Source: Azolla caroliniana (taxonomy: Eukaryota; Plantae; Polypodiophyta). From it: a stretch of DNA of 64,000 nt. The stretch is taken from the NCBI GenBank assembly GCA_043228905.1, contig JBHGNT010000009.1, forward strand, positions 20,274,001 through 20,338,000, given 5' to 3'. Below the pieces are notes generated by a model. The model ran no database searches and was not told where the DNA came from. It worked only from the letters and a program-made list of their open reading frames with translations. Made by a program: the position numbers and the translations under genes. This document shows positions 26,252 to 40,573 of the stretch, piece after piece; position 1 is the first letter of the stretch; every line of letters starts with the position of its first letter.

Positions 26252-29200
26252 TGTTACGGGCATGACCATAACAATTTTTTATTGTTGAAATCCTCGTTGG
26301 TGACTTCGATATTTCGTTACGTAAAGAAACGCTATGGCCATAATGATTTTGAGTACCTAGGGCTTGACCTACTTCATGTGAGGTCGCTCCTATGACACAC
26401 GTATCCAACATCCCTCCCTCATTACATGGATATGATGCCACCATGAGATCATTCTTACGAGAGGCATTCGTAATGACGTGACCATATGATGGGCCACGTG
26501 GGCCTACTACGAAAAGAGGGCTCATTTGGCTTGACCATAAGGTTGCATTTTGGCGTATGCCATCGTAATTACGAGACTTGAGGTTAGGTAACGTACCAAC
26601 ATAGTTGTAGTAAATGAGGGCGAAATAAGGACTCTTGACATATATGTTTCTTTTAAAAAAACATATGTGGGCAAATGCCTCGCATATTTCTTATATGCAT
26701 GAAACATTAAACATTCAAGAAGAGCAACTTACTTGGTTGGCTCAAATGTTTAATGCATTTGTTCTCGAGGTCTCGAGTTCAAATATGACCAAGACCATAC
26801 AACATCGTTGATACATATGATTATAGCACATGTTTAGACTTGAGGTCTAAGTGCACTTCGGGGTCCTCGTAATAAGACTTAAAGAGCCGAAACCATATAT
26901 GTGGGCACCGAAACATAGTTTATTGTTAACATTTTTTTCGTGTATAAACTATTCATGACGCGAACATACATGGTTGAGCCTCAGGGAGCCACCATGAAAA
27001 AATCGATATAGAGATCAGGGAAAGACATTTATTTGTCACCCCCATGGTTTTTAAAACACCTTTGTGTTACCATAGTAACCTGATCTTGAACCTCATCTCA
27101 TACGTCTAGAGGGGTATTGACGTGAGATAATGATATTGATTAATGCTCGCCCATGATAGGTTTACATCATGACATGATGTTATGACTATCTCTCTGACCT
27201 TATCATATTTCTTTTCCAGAAATAATCATTTAATGGCTCAAAATAACGACCCGATGTCATCCACTCAAGTGGAAGGAACTCAAGGGAATCCTCTTGGACA
27301 AATGTCCATTGAGATGTATTTTTCGCAAATAACCCAATACCTTAGTTTCATCGCTCGACAGATGACCGAGCTTCGGCAATCTCAAAGTGCTCTCGAGGCA
27401 CGTGTCATTAGTCTACAACGTGAGACTAATAGACCTTATGAGCGACAGGGTGAACCATCGTTTGTCGTTAAGCCATTTACGGGAGACAAAAAGGAAAGAA
27501 CCGAAGAAGCAATCTGCACGTGGCTGGGCCGATGGTAGTCTCATTTTGAGCTCTATCCCACGCCAGATAATACGAAGATTGCATATGTCGGCCGAGAGCT
27601 AGGGGGTAAGGCCGCCGCCTGGTGGTGTGGGCTCCGTACGTTGGGGAAATTGCCCGATACCTGGACAGATTTTGTCACGGTTTTCAAGGGTCAATTTCTG
27701 CAACCTCCCTCTCGAACCGAGGCAGCACAAGCTTTAATGAACCTCTCTTGCAAGAAGTTTTCCTCGCTAGAAGACTATGTCCACCATGCTAGAACCCAAA
27801 TCCAAAAATCGGGTCTAGAAGGGGACAACTAGTTAATAGCTTGTTTTGTCAATGGCATCCCCAATTCGGACTATCACTAGATAGTGCACGATAAGGATCC
27901 AAAATCCTTCGAAGAGGCCGTTGAAATAGTTCTTCGCTATCAACGCACTTCGAAGAAGGACCACAACAAACCCAACGAAGCGCCCGAGACTAAGCAGTCA
28001 CAATTCGTTGGGAAAAGTAAGACACCCAACGAATTCATGGATCACGATTGTAAGCGACAACATCCTTTTTGCGTATTCTGCAAAAAGAAGAGTCATACAA
28101 AAGATCAATGTCGAAAGCTCCAACGGAAAGAGCATGACAACAAAGCTAAAGCTACAGACCATAAAGGTCAGATTCCTAATGTCCTTCAGGTCTATACACA
28201 TCATTTAAGTAATTGTCAATGTTCTTTCCCTCACTATGTATTGGGTCCCAATTATTTACTACATGCAAACGGGTATATCAATGGATCTCCCGTACAAATT
28301 TTATTTGATTCGGGAAGCTCACACAATTTTGTGAATGATCGTTTGGTTCAGATATGGGGAATCCAATCCACCGTAAGTGATCACACCTACACGGTGCACT
28401 TGGCTGATGGAAGAGTACAATACATCAACGGGGCGATTCATTCATTAGGAATTTCTATTGATACTTATATAGAGGAAGTAGACTTCCATGTAATGAATCT
28501 TTGTACCACCGATGTAATACTGGGTTATCCCTGGTTTTATAATAAAAGCTCTTCTTTATCTATTGATTGGGTTCATCATTCAATTACATTTGTACTGAAC
28601 GACTATACTCATTTTATTCAATGTGTAAAAAAACAATCCCTCTCGATTGTTTCCTCGTGTCCATCAATATCTGTGTTGTCTTGTTCTACTCTATTTTATT
28701 GCGTACTTGATCCGGACATTCACGTTTACAATATCGATAATGTCTCGATTCAATTAACATATTTTGAACAACAACAACTTGATGAAATCTTAAATGATTT
28801 TCGTGATGTTTTTCTGAGTGAACTACTAGATGGTTTACCTCCTAAACGTAATATAGGCCATCGTATAGATATTGTACTTGGTGTTGCACCAATAAGTATA
28901 CCTCCTTATCGCTTAAGTCGATCCGAAGAGGATGAGGTATCTAATCAACTCAAGGACTATTTACGAATGGGTTATATACGTTATAGTAAATCTCCATGGG
29001 GTGCACCAGTTCTCTTGGTTAAAAAGAAAGAGGGCACATGGTGTATGTGTATTAATTACCAACGCTTGAATAAAGTGACGATCAAGAATTCGTATCCCTT
29101 GCCCCGGGCTGACGATCTAATTGACCGTCTCCCGGGAGCTCGGTATTTTACGAAACTTGATCTCCGTACTAGCTACCATCAAATTCGTATAAGTGAGGAC

Positions 29201-32200
29201 GATGTTCCTTAAACGGCATTTCGTACGCGCTATGGCCATTATGAGTTTTTGGTTATGCCTTTTGGTTTGACCAATGCTCCGGCTACATTTCAACAAGAAA
29301 TGAATGACATTTTCTGAGAACAACTTAGAAAATTTGTCGTTGTTTTCTTGGATGATATTTTAGTTTATAGTCATACATTACAAGAACATGCTAAATATGT
29401 CCGCTTTGTTTTACAAACATTGCATGACAAACAATTTTAAGCGAAGATCTCAAAATGTGAGTTCTTCAAGAAATCAATTACTTATCTTGGACATCTCATA
29501 ACCGAACGAGGAGTTGAAATTGATCCTTCTCGCATCGAGAAAATCAAGCTTTGGCCCACTCTTCGAAATATTCGAGAAGTTCGATCATTCCTTGGTTTTG
29601 TCGGGTTTTTGCGAAAATCCCTTCGTAATTACTCCCAATTGATGACGCCGTTTACTGATCTTCTAAAAGGTCAAACGCGTAAGTCTACAAAACCTATTGT
29701 GTGGAATGCTACACTAGACCTCGCCTTTAAGGAACTCAAGGACCTGGTATGCAAGGCTCCTTCACTTCTTTTACCCCATCCTTCAAAACCTTTTGAGGTT
29801 GAAACCGATGCAAGCGATTATGCTATAGGTGTTGTCTTATATCAAGATGGTAAACCAATAGCATTCGAGAGTAAGAAACTTCATTCTGCTCAATGTCGGT
29901 ATACCGTTCAAGAAAAGGAATTATTTGCAGTTATACATGCGCTCAAAACATGGCGCCATTATCTTTATGGAAATCGCTTTGTGGTAACTACGGACCACGA
30001 GTCCTTGAAATATTTTTGTGACCAACAAGACCTGAAAGGTCGTAAGGCACGATGGGCTAATCTCATCCAGGACTTTGATTTTGTTGGGAGACAGGTCCCT
30101 CCGGATGGGAAGGGAGAAGAACAATGCCGACGAACAATCTCGGTCGAGGCCGGAACTGGATGAGGAGTACCCGGCTACGGAGAGCCTGATGGTGCAGGCC
30201 TGGTGTGAACCGGATGAGGAGTACCCGGCTACGGAGAGCCGGATGATGCAGACCCGGTGCAAACTGGAGGAAGAGACATATTCGTAAATATGTTTCTAAG
30301 AGCCCATCGAGGCTACATTTGTAAATAGCCGAAAAGTCATATTAGTATAAATATGACTTAGGGCAAATATGTGTAGTTGTTGTCTTTTTTTTTTGCACGA
30401 GATTAGTGTGTGTAACTGTACATAGAGAGAGAGAGAGAGAGAGAGAGAAAGAAAGAGGTCGTTGCCTTTGTTGTAACCGCCGCCTGTGGCGAAGATTTGT
30501 GAGCACGAGGTCGGTGCCTCAGTGAACTCACTGTTGTATATTCCTACATAGTGACAGTTTGCAGCCTGTGGGCTGTCGTGGTTTTTCCCCCAGTTTGGGG
30601 TTTTCCACGTAAACCTCCTGTGTATTCTCTTCTTCTTCTTGTCGTGTTTTATTTCCCGTTTTCTCTGTATCATTCTAAGCTCGGTTGTGGCCGAGCATCG
30701 CGCATAAGGAACGTTGTAGTTCCCGACAAGTGGTATCAGAGCAAGACGACACAGAAAATGGATGAATCGTTTGGCGGCATGTTCAAGCTCACCGGCTCCA
30801 ACTATTCAGTGTGGAAGTCGAAGATGAGGGACATGCTCGTGGTTAAAGACCTCTGGCTGCCGGTTCAGTTCGGGGACAAGAGACCGGACAAAATCGACGC
30901 CGCGATATGGGAGGTGATGCACATGAAGACAACGGCGTACATACGGTGCTTCATCGACATGAGCCTGTACAACAACTTCAATGAAGAGAGCAAGGCTCAT
31001 GAGCTCTGGGAGAAGATCGGCATAATGTTCCAAAACAAAAATGTTGTTAACCAGGTTTCGGTATTCCGGAAGCTAGTAAGACTCCGGTACCAAGATGGCT
31101 CCAGCATGGCGGAGCACATGAATGCCTTCCAAGGGCTGATCCACCAGGCAACTTCATTAGAAGTACCTCTCGCCGATGAGGTACTTGCGCTACTCCTGCT
31201 CGGTTCCCTCCCGGATAGTTGGGAGACGTTGGTTGTCACTTTGGGCAACGCTGGGCCGGAAGGAAAACGATTATCCCTAGCAAGAGTAAAGTCGAGCTTG
31301 CTAGATGAGGAGGCGCATCGGAAAGATAACGATACGAGCTCCGACTCCAAAGCGCTCCTTACCGAATCGGAACGCGGAAGACATAGAAACCGTAGTCCCC
31401 AGAACCAGGAGAAGTCGGGGACACGGTCAAAGTCAAGGGAGAGGCCCACTTGCTTCTATTGCGGCAAGCCGGGTCACTTCCAAAAGAACTGTCGGCATTT
31501 TCGTAAAGACAAGGAAACCGACGGTACTGATTCGAGGCGGACCCCGGACCGGAACGGTAAAGACCGGAAGGGGACGGACCGGAAGGGAACGACGGCAATC
31601 GCGGCAAGTGAAGAAGAGTTGATGCTCATCACCGAGGAGAGTGAGATAAACCTTGCCGGCGACGAGATGACCTGGGTGGTAGACTCCGGAGCGTCGTTCC
31701 ACCTTACCCCGAACCGGAAGTGCTTCTCATCCTACTCAGCTGGTGATCACGGCTGTGTCCGGATGGGGAATGAAGGAACATGCCGAATTGTCGGCATAGG
31801 AGACGTGTGGCTGTTGACACCAACGGGATGCAAGTTGCTGCTGAGGGATGTCTGACACGTTTCGAAGGTTCGACTGAACCTGATATCAGCCGGTCGGCTA
31901 GATGATGAAGGTTACACGGGTAGCATCCGAAACGGTGTCATGAAGTTCAGCAAAGGGAGCTTGATTGTGGCTCGGGCCCAGAAGGTAAACACCATGTACC
32001 TGATGAATGCCCGGTTATGTCCGGAAGAAGTGAACGTGGCTTCCGACACTGCCGGTGAGTTGTGGCACAAGAGGCTGTGTCATATGAGCGAGAAGGGGAT
32101 GAAGAGGCTTGCAGACGACAACCTCATTCCAGTGAAGAACGTGCACTTAGAGAAGTGCATTGATTGTCTGGCCGGTAAGCAAAACCGGACCTCCTTCCAA

Positions 32201-35200
32201 CCAAGGCCACCGATGAGACGTAATGCACCACTGGAGTTGGTGCATACGGATGTGTGTCAGGTAGACACGAAGTCACATGCCGGAGCGCAGTACTTCGTGA
32301 CGTTCATAGATGACCACAACCGGAAGCTGTGGGCCACACCACTGAAGACGAAGGATCAAGTGCTATCCGTCTTCAAAGAGCTCCACGCGAGAGTGGAAAG
32401 AGAAACCGGCCGGAAGCTGAAGGCGGTTCGAGCAGATAACGGAGGAGAATACCGGGGGCAGTTCGAGGAGTACTGCCGCTCGAAGGGAATCCGGCTCGAA
32501 CTTACCGTGTCGAAGACGCCGGAACTAAACGGACTGGCCGAGAGGATGAACCGAACCATAATGGAGAGGGTCCGGAGTATGCTAGCGCATGCAAAACTAC
32601 CCAAGAAGTTTTCGGCTGAGGCATTGTCGACGACGACATACGTGATAAACAGATCACCCTCAGTACCCTTGGACGGAGACACGCCACAGAGAGTATGGAC
32701 CGGTAAGGAAGTGTCCTACCGGCATCTGAAGGTGTTCGGGTGTCTTGCGTACGTGCATGTAGCGAAGGACCAGAGAGGAAAGTTAGATCCAAAGACCCGG
32801 CCATGCATATTCCTCGGTTACGGTGACGATGAGTTCGGCTACCGAGTGTGGGACCCGGTCGACAAGAAGGTATTCCGGAGTCGAGATATTATCTTCATGG
32901 AGGACAAGACGCTCGCCGACTGGGGGTCGGAGAAGAAGATAATGAACTCCGAGTCGACCGGTAAGGATCGACTCTACGATGAGCAGACCCAACCGGCAAG
33001 AGACCGGTTAGCACTTGAAGAACCAGCCGGATACAGTGAGGATACCGAACCGGCAGAAGGAGAAGCAGAGGAAGCTAAGACCGGAACCGGCCAAGACCCC
33101 GAATCGGATTCGGATGAAGAGCAGATGGATGAGCCGGTCACCGAAGCCCAGAAACGGAGATATCCTCTCAGAGAGAGAAGGGCCCCCCGGAGATTTCCGG
33201 ATGCAGAGCATGTTCTGTTGACCGATGAGGGGGAGCCGGAAAGCTTCAAAGAAGCGAATGATGACACCCACAGCCGAAAATGGTTAAGTGCCATGCAGGA
33301 TGAGATGGATTCCCTGCATGAGAACCATACGTACGAATTGGTGGAGTTGCCGAAAGGAAAGCGGGCACTCCGAAACAAGTGGGTGTACAAGTTGAAACCG
33401 GGAGATGCCGGCAACCCCCCGAGATTCAAAGCCAGGATCGTGGTGAAGGGGTTCCAGCAGAAGAAGGGTGTGGACTTCGACGAGATATTTGCCCTGGTAG
33501 TAAAGATGACCGCCATCCGGACGGTGCTGAGTATAGCAGCAAGCATGGACCTCGAGGTAGAGCAACTGGACGTGAAGACGGCATTCCTTCACGGCGACCT
33601 CGAAGAGGAGATCTACATGCAACAAACGGAAGGATTTGTGGAGAACGGGAAGGAGCACCTGTTTGCCGGCTGAAGAAGAGCCTCTACGGGTTGAAGCAAG
33701 CCCCCCGGCAATGGTACATGAAGTTCGACTCCTTCATGACCGATCAAGGGTACCACAAGACACAGTCCGATCACCGTGTGTTTGTGAAGAAGTTCGAAGG
33801 AGGCGACTTCCTAATACTCCTTCTGTACGTGGATGACATGTTGATCGTCGGACGGGACCAAGTCAAAATACGGATGCTGAAGAAGGCTCTCAACCGGACC
33901 TTCTCAATGAAAGACTTGGGTCCGGCAAGACAGATGTTGGGGATGCACATCATCCGGAACCGGTCAGCGAAGCAATTATGGTTGTCACAGGAGAAGTATG
34001 TGACAAAGGTGCTTCACCGGTTCAACATGTCAGAAGCGAAACCGGTCGGATCGACACTTTCGGCAAACTGCAGGCTATCCGGCAAGCAAAGCCCGAAGAC
34101 GAAAGCAAAGAAGGCGGATATGATGAAGATTCCATATGCCGCTACCGTCGGGAGCTTGATGTACGCAATGGTGTGTACCCGACCGGATATAGGATACGCA
34201 GTCGGAGTGGTGATGCGGTTCATGAGTAATCCCGGCAAGGAGCACTGGAACGTGGTCAAATGAATACTCCGGTATTTGAAGGGCACTTCAAATATGTGTC
34301 TCCGATTCGGCTCTGGAAAACCTCAACTGGACGGTTTCACCGATTCGGACATGTCGGCTGATGTGGATACCAGCCGATCTACATCCGGGTATGTAATGAC
34401 ATATGCAGGGGGAGCCGTTTCGTGGCAGTCGAGGCTGCAGAAGACGGTTGCATTGTCAACCACGGAGGCGGAGTACATGGCAATGGTGGAAGCCAGCAAG
34501 GAAATATTATGGATGAAGGACTTCATCGGAGAGCTCGGTATCCGGCAAGAGGAATACAGACTCTATTGCGACAGTCAAAGTGCCATCCACCTTGCTACGA
34601 ATGCGGCCTACCATTCTCGGACGAAGCATATCCAGCGAAGATATCACTGGATCCGGGAAAGAGTAGATGACCAGGAGTTCGCGCTGACGAAGATCCACAC
34701 GACCGAGAACGGGTCAGATATGTTGACCAAAGTTCTGATACCCGACAAGATGGATGCATGCCGGAAGCGGATCGGACTGATCAGACACCCCATGCCGGAG
34801 TGAAGGGGGAGTTTGTTGGGAGACAGGTCCCTCCGGATGTGAATCTACAATAGAGCATGTAGGTATGCATGCATGTGCCAAGTGTAAATACTACAAGGGA
34901 GCAACTATGCACATGATGCTAGCAAAATAATAAGGACCAATTACATACATAACCATGTACTAGATATCTTGGTTAACTCATAATACTAGATTATAACATG
35001 GTCGTGTCAAGAGTTCGAATCTTGACATTCGTGAGTGATCGAGATCCAAAATTTACTAGTGACTTTTGGACGCAAGTCTTTAAGAAGTTAGAAACTACGT
35101 TGAGCATGAGCTCCACGGATCATCCTCAATCCGATGGACAAACAGAATGAGTAAATCAAATTATTGAGGACATGCTTCGAGCATATGTTGGTGCAAAACC

Positions 35201-36368
35201 AACAAAATGGGAACGTTATCTCCCAATTTTGGAGTTTGCTTATAACAGCTCCAAGCATACGTCGACGGGATATAGTCCTTTTATGTTGATGTATGGTTTT
35301 CAGCCACGAGCCCCGATTGATGTTACTATACATCATGATGAGTTGCGAAGTACGCAAAACTTTCTTCGGGATATGCAAGATATGTTGCATATTGCACGAG
35401 ATAATATAAAAACAGCTCAAGATAGAGCCCGTTTTTATGCCGATCATCATAGACAACCTCGTGTATTCAACCCTGGACAGAAGGTATTTTTACATGTACC
35501 TCACAATTCTAAGACATTGTCTACGAGTAAGTGCGCTAAGTTAGCCCCACGGTTTTGTGGACCTTTTACAATCCTCAAACGCATTGGGTCATCAGCCTAT
35601 CGTCTCGCTCTTCCCGATGGTGTTGGAATTCATCCAGTCTTTCATGTGAGTCGTCTAAAAGAACTTCTAGGTTCTAGCGACAATACAGTTACAACTGAAA
35701 CTCTGGTTACTTCTGCAGAATTATCTTCTAAACCACATGTACCATAAAGAATTCTCAATGTTAAAACAAAAAAATTACGTACTAAAGAAATCCGAGAATT
35801 TAAAATAAAATGGATGGATAAATCAATAAAAGATGCCAGCGAAAATACTCTCAGAACTAACTTCCCTAACTTTCCATTGCAAGAGTGCAATGTTTTAAAG
35901 AGGGGGGGAGTATGTTACGGGCATGACCATATAATATCCCGTGGTGAGAATTTTCCATAGTATTCTATACACGTGGATCAGTGTGAGGGTTAAACGAGAG
36001 TGTAAAGAAGGGGAGGATTACTTTTAAATCCTCAGGATTGAGACAACCCATTAGGCCAAGTGTGAACATGGTTGGGGGCCTTGGGTATCACTATAAATAG
36101 AGGCCTAGCTACCCTCATTTGATTATCTTGTTGACTACGTCAAGACTCTGTCTTGTGGTGGGTCAACTCTTGTAGCGAGTGCGCCAGCACCAGGTACGAC
36201 TCGACGCCACGGCGATGGTATGGGACGCTGATCAAGGCTCGATTCCGTCTCGATCCCTTCGCTCGGGGGTGGTCGGGTGGATCGGCACCCTTCTTTCTCT
36301 CTCTCCTTTCTTTCTATCTACCTAGATCTATCCTTATCTAATGTTTACTTTAGTACATGTCTCAAACA
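26252..36368 (+). mobile_element. Ty3/Gypsy chromovirus-type LTR retrotransposon (decayed), inserted in the outer Copia
   Basis: Perfect 5-bp TSD GAACA (26247-26251 / 36369-36373) and TG...CA ends. Gag starts at 27233 ([14 protein letters not shown]). Protease [16 protein letters not shown], RNase H ETDASDYAIG, integrase end with GPF and FHVS, chromodomain-like FKIKW. PPT 35897-35912; 3' LTR 35913-36368. Confidence 0.9.
30082..34839 (+). mobile_element. Ty1/Copia (Tnt1/Tork-like) LTR retrotransposon (inner), near-complete gag-pol, 3' LTR truncated to 26 bp
   Basis: 5' LTR 30082-30728; PBS TGGTATCAGAGC 30731-30742. Gag-pol 30758-34803 (CFYCGKPGHFQKNC, VDSGASFH, LWHKRLCH, LYVDDM, RTKHI) has stops at 31853 and 34261 and a frameshift at ~33665. 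PPT gaagggggag; 34814-34839 is identical to the 5' LTR start. Confidence 0.93.
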
Positions 36369-38297
36369 GAACATTCGGCCCTCTCTTCGTCCACGAGCAA
36401 TGAGTCGGCCCTCTTTTTCGATGAAGCAATTGCCTTGATTAAATCGTACTTGCATCCCTTGCTCAACAATTTGGCCGACGGAGACCAAATTCTTCGTAAT
36501 GGTTGGTACATGCAAGACATTTTTAATAAAAGTTTGGTTACCTTCTTTGCCAAATGGGACATTGCCGATGTGTCGAATCGGATGCGTAGTGTCTTCTCTG
36601 GTTTCGACATAGCCGGGTCGGTCCGGCTCTCGAAGTTCTCGGAACCATTCTTGATGAGACATCATATGGTTTGAGGCACCGGAGTCGACGAACCATACAT
36701 CTTCCAGACTAGATGCACTATTTGAAGTAGAAGTCGACATAGAATTTGCTCTATGTCTCATCATGAACATTCCGCCATGGTCGTCATAGTCGGAGTTGGT
36801 GGCGTAATTGGTGAGTTGTCGTCTTGTGGAAGCCGACTCGCGTATCTTCTTACATCACTCTTCTTCGTGGTGACCGATTTTTCCGCAATATCCACATTCG
36901 ACTGATTTTGTCAGCTTGGACCGGAATGGAAGCTCCCTTTTTTCCGAAGGTTCCTCGATGGCTTCCGTCTTGATGCCGAAATTGCGAGTTGTTTTCCTAC
37001 GTCGAACCTCGTCCGCTTCGTCCTTGGCTAAATTGGCCTCTTGCTCAACCGCGTCCTCTTCCTTCATTCGAATGCATGTAGAGCATGTGGGCTTCCAAGG
37101 CGTTGCTCCTTGTTCAAACATGGTTTTCTTCAACCAACAACATGGATTGAAGATCAAAGAAAGAGGGCGAATTCTCCCGTGCTAGTACGGCGGTTCTCAT
37201 TGCGCCAAACCATGGTGCAAGACCGTCGAGGCATATTTGCACAATCTCATCATCGTCCACATTGATGCTTATCGAGCCGAGCGAGTCGCAAAGCTCCTTG
37301 ATCTTCAAGGTTTAGCTCGTGATGGACATATCCCTTTGTTGGATGTTGTTCAACTCTTGGCGGAGTTGAAACTTTCTCGCGGTTGTGTTGGTGGCGAAAA
37401 TCTTTCGTAGATTCTCCCACGCTTCCTTTGGCGTCTCGGCTTCTCAAATGTAGCCGAGCATGTGGTCGTGAACACATGTCGCCAAGCAATACATCACTTG
37501 GCTTGCCGCTTGCTTCCATGTTGCGTAGTCGACGTCTCTCGAGTCGGGTCGGTTTTCTTGTGCTCCTTTGATGTAACCCCAATAGCCTTGGCCAACAAGG
37601 TATTGGTGCATCTTGTACTCCCAAGATGTAAAGTTGTTTCGATTTACCTTCTCGCTAGGGAGAGCACTCCCCATTTGAGTATTCATTGTCAATGAAGATT
37701 TTTTCCTTCTTTTCTTTTCCTTCTCTCTCGAATACGAGCTAAGTAGTCGCACTATGATAGCGATGGACCGGTTCTTCTCAAACGTCGGCATAGAACACAA
37801 CACACGCGAATGGGCTAGATCAAGCTACCAAACCGCTCTGATACCATGTAAAGAATCGGGTATGATTCTTGTGTAGCGGAAGAGATGTGTGTTGTGTGTA
37901 TGTGTGAGAGGAATTAGAGGAGAAAAGAGAAAACACGCGATAGATAGAAAAAGGAATACTCAAGAAGAAGGTGTATATTCACAAGTAGAATAGCAAATAC
38001 AAAATGTAGCATTACAAGGAGTCACAACTGACTTAGTATGAAGTATAAGGAGGGTGCTTTATATATAGTCACCCTCTCTCTTCATTAACTAACTACAACA
38101 ATCACTCTCTCTTGGGGAATGTGAAGACTCGTAGTCATGGGGAATATGTAACTCATTAGTTATGTGTCATAGAATATGATTCTATGACACATAGTTAATG
38201 TGTAGAGAGTAGTGGTGTGACTCTTGACCTTTGAGTAATCATAGATTCTCAAAAGGTGTGCTCACACGTTGCACTATGTTGAGCTTGATTCTCTACA

Positions 38298-39400
38298 CAA
38301 TCACTAAAGCCATGTTTATGGCTCATCTAGGGATGATGGCAAGATGCGACCACAATTCTTGCAACAATCAACATTTGAATCTCTTGATCTAAAGGTCAAG
38401 GCATCGCAATGCAAGCATCAAATCTTCCTTGTCGTACATATTGGCAACCACCTCCTAGCTCAACTTGCACCTCTTTGCATTTTTCTGGTGTGTGTTTTGG
38501 AAGTGTTTGGGGAGCTGCCAATAAGATCTTGTGAAATGTCGACTAATGCTCCTCTCTTCGCACCAATTGCTTGCTTCCGCCATATGGATCCACCATATTC
38601 TTCATTGGTTGGTTTCATGCACCAATACGATCCCATTTAGTCTAAGTCATTTCTTCAATGGACTCCATACATGTCAAAACTGTTACACGGTCAAGGGATT
38701 GTAACCCTTCCATGAGACATTGAATAGCTACCTCGGCCGTTTGTAATTTTGACTCCCATTCCTCCATATCTGATGTTATAGGGTGGGTTTGTCTCCTTGA
38801 TTGGTTCTACCTCTGTCTCCACTTCTATTTCTATGAAATGGTCAAAAGCAAAATCTAAAATCAAACAAAAGTTAAACCCTAAATCAAGCAAAAGAAATAA
38901 TAAAAAATCAACCAAAATCCTAAACCATAAATCAAACATTTTCTAAAATCAGTAATCAAGCACACCCAATATTATCTTTAATCAAGCAAAAGCAAAAATC
39001 TAAAATCAAGCAAAAGCTAAACCCTAAATCAAGAAAAATAAATCAAGCACACCTTGTCTCGTTTTGGAACCTTTTCATAAATTGCAAAAAAGTAGAAACA
39101 AGTAAACTACATACCTGGGAATTAAGCTGATGGCGATGGCAGATGTGGTGAATGCACGTAGAAGATGGTTCTCTGGCTGAAAACCTTTTTCCCGGCAAAA
39201 AACCCTGACAATCTCATTTAAAAATGTGAGAAAATGGCAAGTTTTAGGGTTTAATACATTAGGTTGGGTGACCACAACACTTACTTGGTTGGGCGACCAC
39301 GTGTCAGTTGGCGACCAAACTTGGTTAGGAGAAGACATGCGTTTGGGCAACCGCATTAGGTAGGTTGGGCAATCGCATTAGGAAGGTTGGGCGACCATAG
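38298..39400 (-). mobile_element. MULE copy 3, internally deleted
   Basis: 38298-38840 parallels 22601-23150. 39080-39400 parallels the reverse complement of 12700-13080, with ggttgggcgacc repeats. Confidence 0.75.
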
Positions 39401-39803
39401 TTAAAGATCTTCATGGTTCACATTGATGCCATCTCCCCCATTTCGTATAATGATCGCAATTCTCTGTCATCAACGTAGATCAACAAATTCAATCTTCTAC
39501 AAGCAAGTTGGAACCTGTTTCATATAGCAAAAATAGAAAATGAACAAACCTTTCAAACAATGATCACATGTATATTAAATCCTTAAAATTTCCCATACCT
39601 GATGAATCTCTTACCACTTGGCCTACGCATTGATCTCAGGGGAAACACATGCATTAGAAGTATAGCTCCCTATACATTGTTGAGAAATGAATAAGAAAAC
39701 TACCTCCCTTCAATGGGTGTTCTTTCACCCCAATCAAAATCAATGTCAAGGAACTCTAAGGACCTAGCATCCATCTATGTAAGCAAAGCAGAAATCTAAA
39801 AAG

Positions 39804-40270
39804 ATTGAAAACCCAAAACCCTAATACCATCAACAAGAATCTAATTACATGCACAGTTTGAATGTAGATTACATGCAATGCTGATAATAAATCCTTGCAT
39901 GCACATCAATACCAGATTCCAACAATCTGAACGCATGCACAGTCTGAATACATATTATGCCCATCCACAATTCTTTTTCTTTGTCCCACAAAATATTGAA
40001 AACCCCAAAACCTAACACCATCCACAAGAATCTAAATGTAGGCACCGTCTAAATGTAAATTACATGCAATGCTCATAATAAACCATTGCATGCACATCAA
40101 TACCAGATTTCAACAATATGAATGCATGCATAGTCTAAATACACTTCTTGAATGCACATTATGCCCATCCACAAATCTTTCTTCTTTGTCATACAAAACT
40201 ATTGAAAACCCAAAACCCTAATATCATCTACAAGAATCTAAATGCATGCACAGTTTGAATGTACATTATA
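39804..40270. repeat. Diverged ~190-205-bp tandem repeat, ~2.4 copies
   Basis: attgaaaacccaaaaccctaa..catc.acaagaatctaa starts at ~39804, ~39994 and 40201. Confidence 0.8.
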
Positions 40271-40573
40271 GAAATTCCTTTGCCCATTCACAGGGGATTT
40301 GGCCTAATTATGTCTTATAGAAATTTCCTACCCATACACCCTTCCTAGATTGAGATCTATGATGAGATAAAGAAAGGAATTTCAAGATGAAAATACAATC
40401 GACAAAATAACCATAGCATTGTTTTATCTCTTGTATGACTTTGCACGATCCAACACAAATCCACCCATTGGCTCAATGCATAATAAGGTTTAAAAAAACT
40501 CAAAACTACACACTATCATCAAACTTGTGTGTGTAATATCAACTTATTGATATCATGAAATGTGTTTTATTTG

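Larger units (their letters stand above)
24595..38297 (-). mobile_element. Ty1/Copia LTR retrotransposon (outer), 3'-truncated within RT and split by a Gypsy insertion
   Basis: 5' LTR 37847-38297 has TGTA(A/G)AGAATC inverted termini. The tRNA-iMet PBS TGGTATCAGAGC is at 37846-37835. Gag starts ~37674 (knuckle CGYCGKIGHHEEE). Protease WFVDSGASNHM; integrase ELWHKWIGH...CAACQFGKQ...PQQNGVA; RT start ETWDLV...RYKARLVAKGYTQ. Confidence 0.9.
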
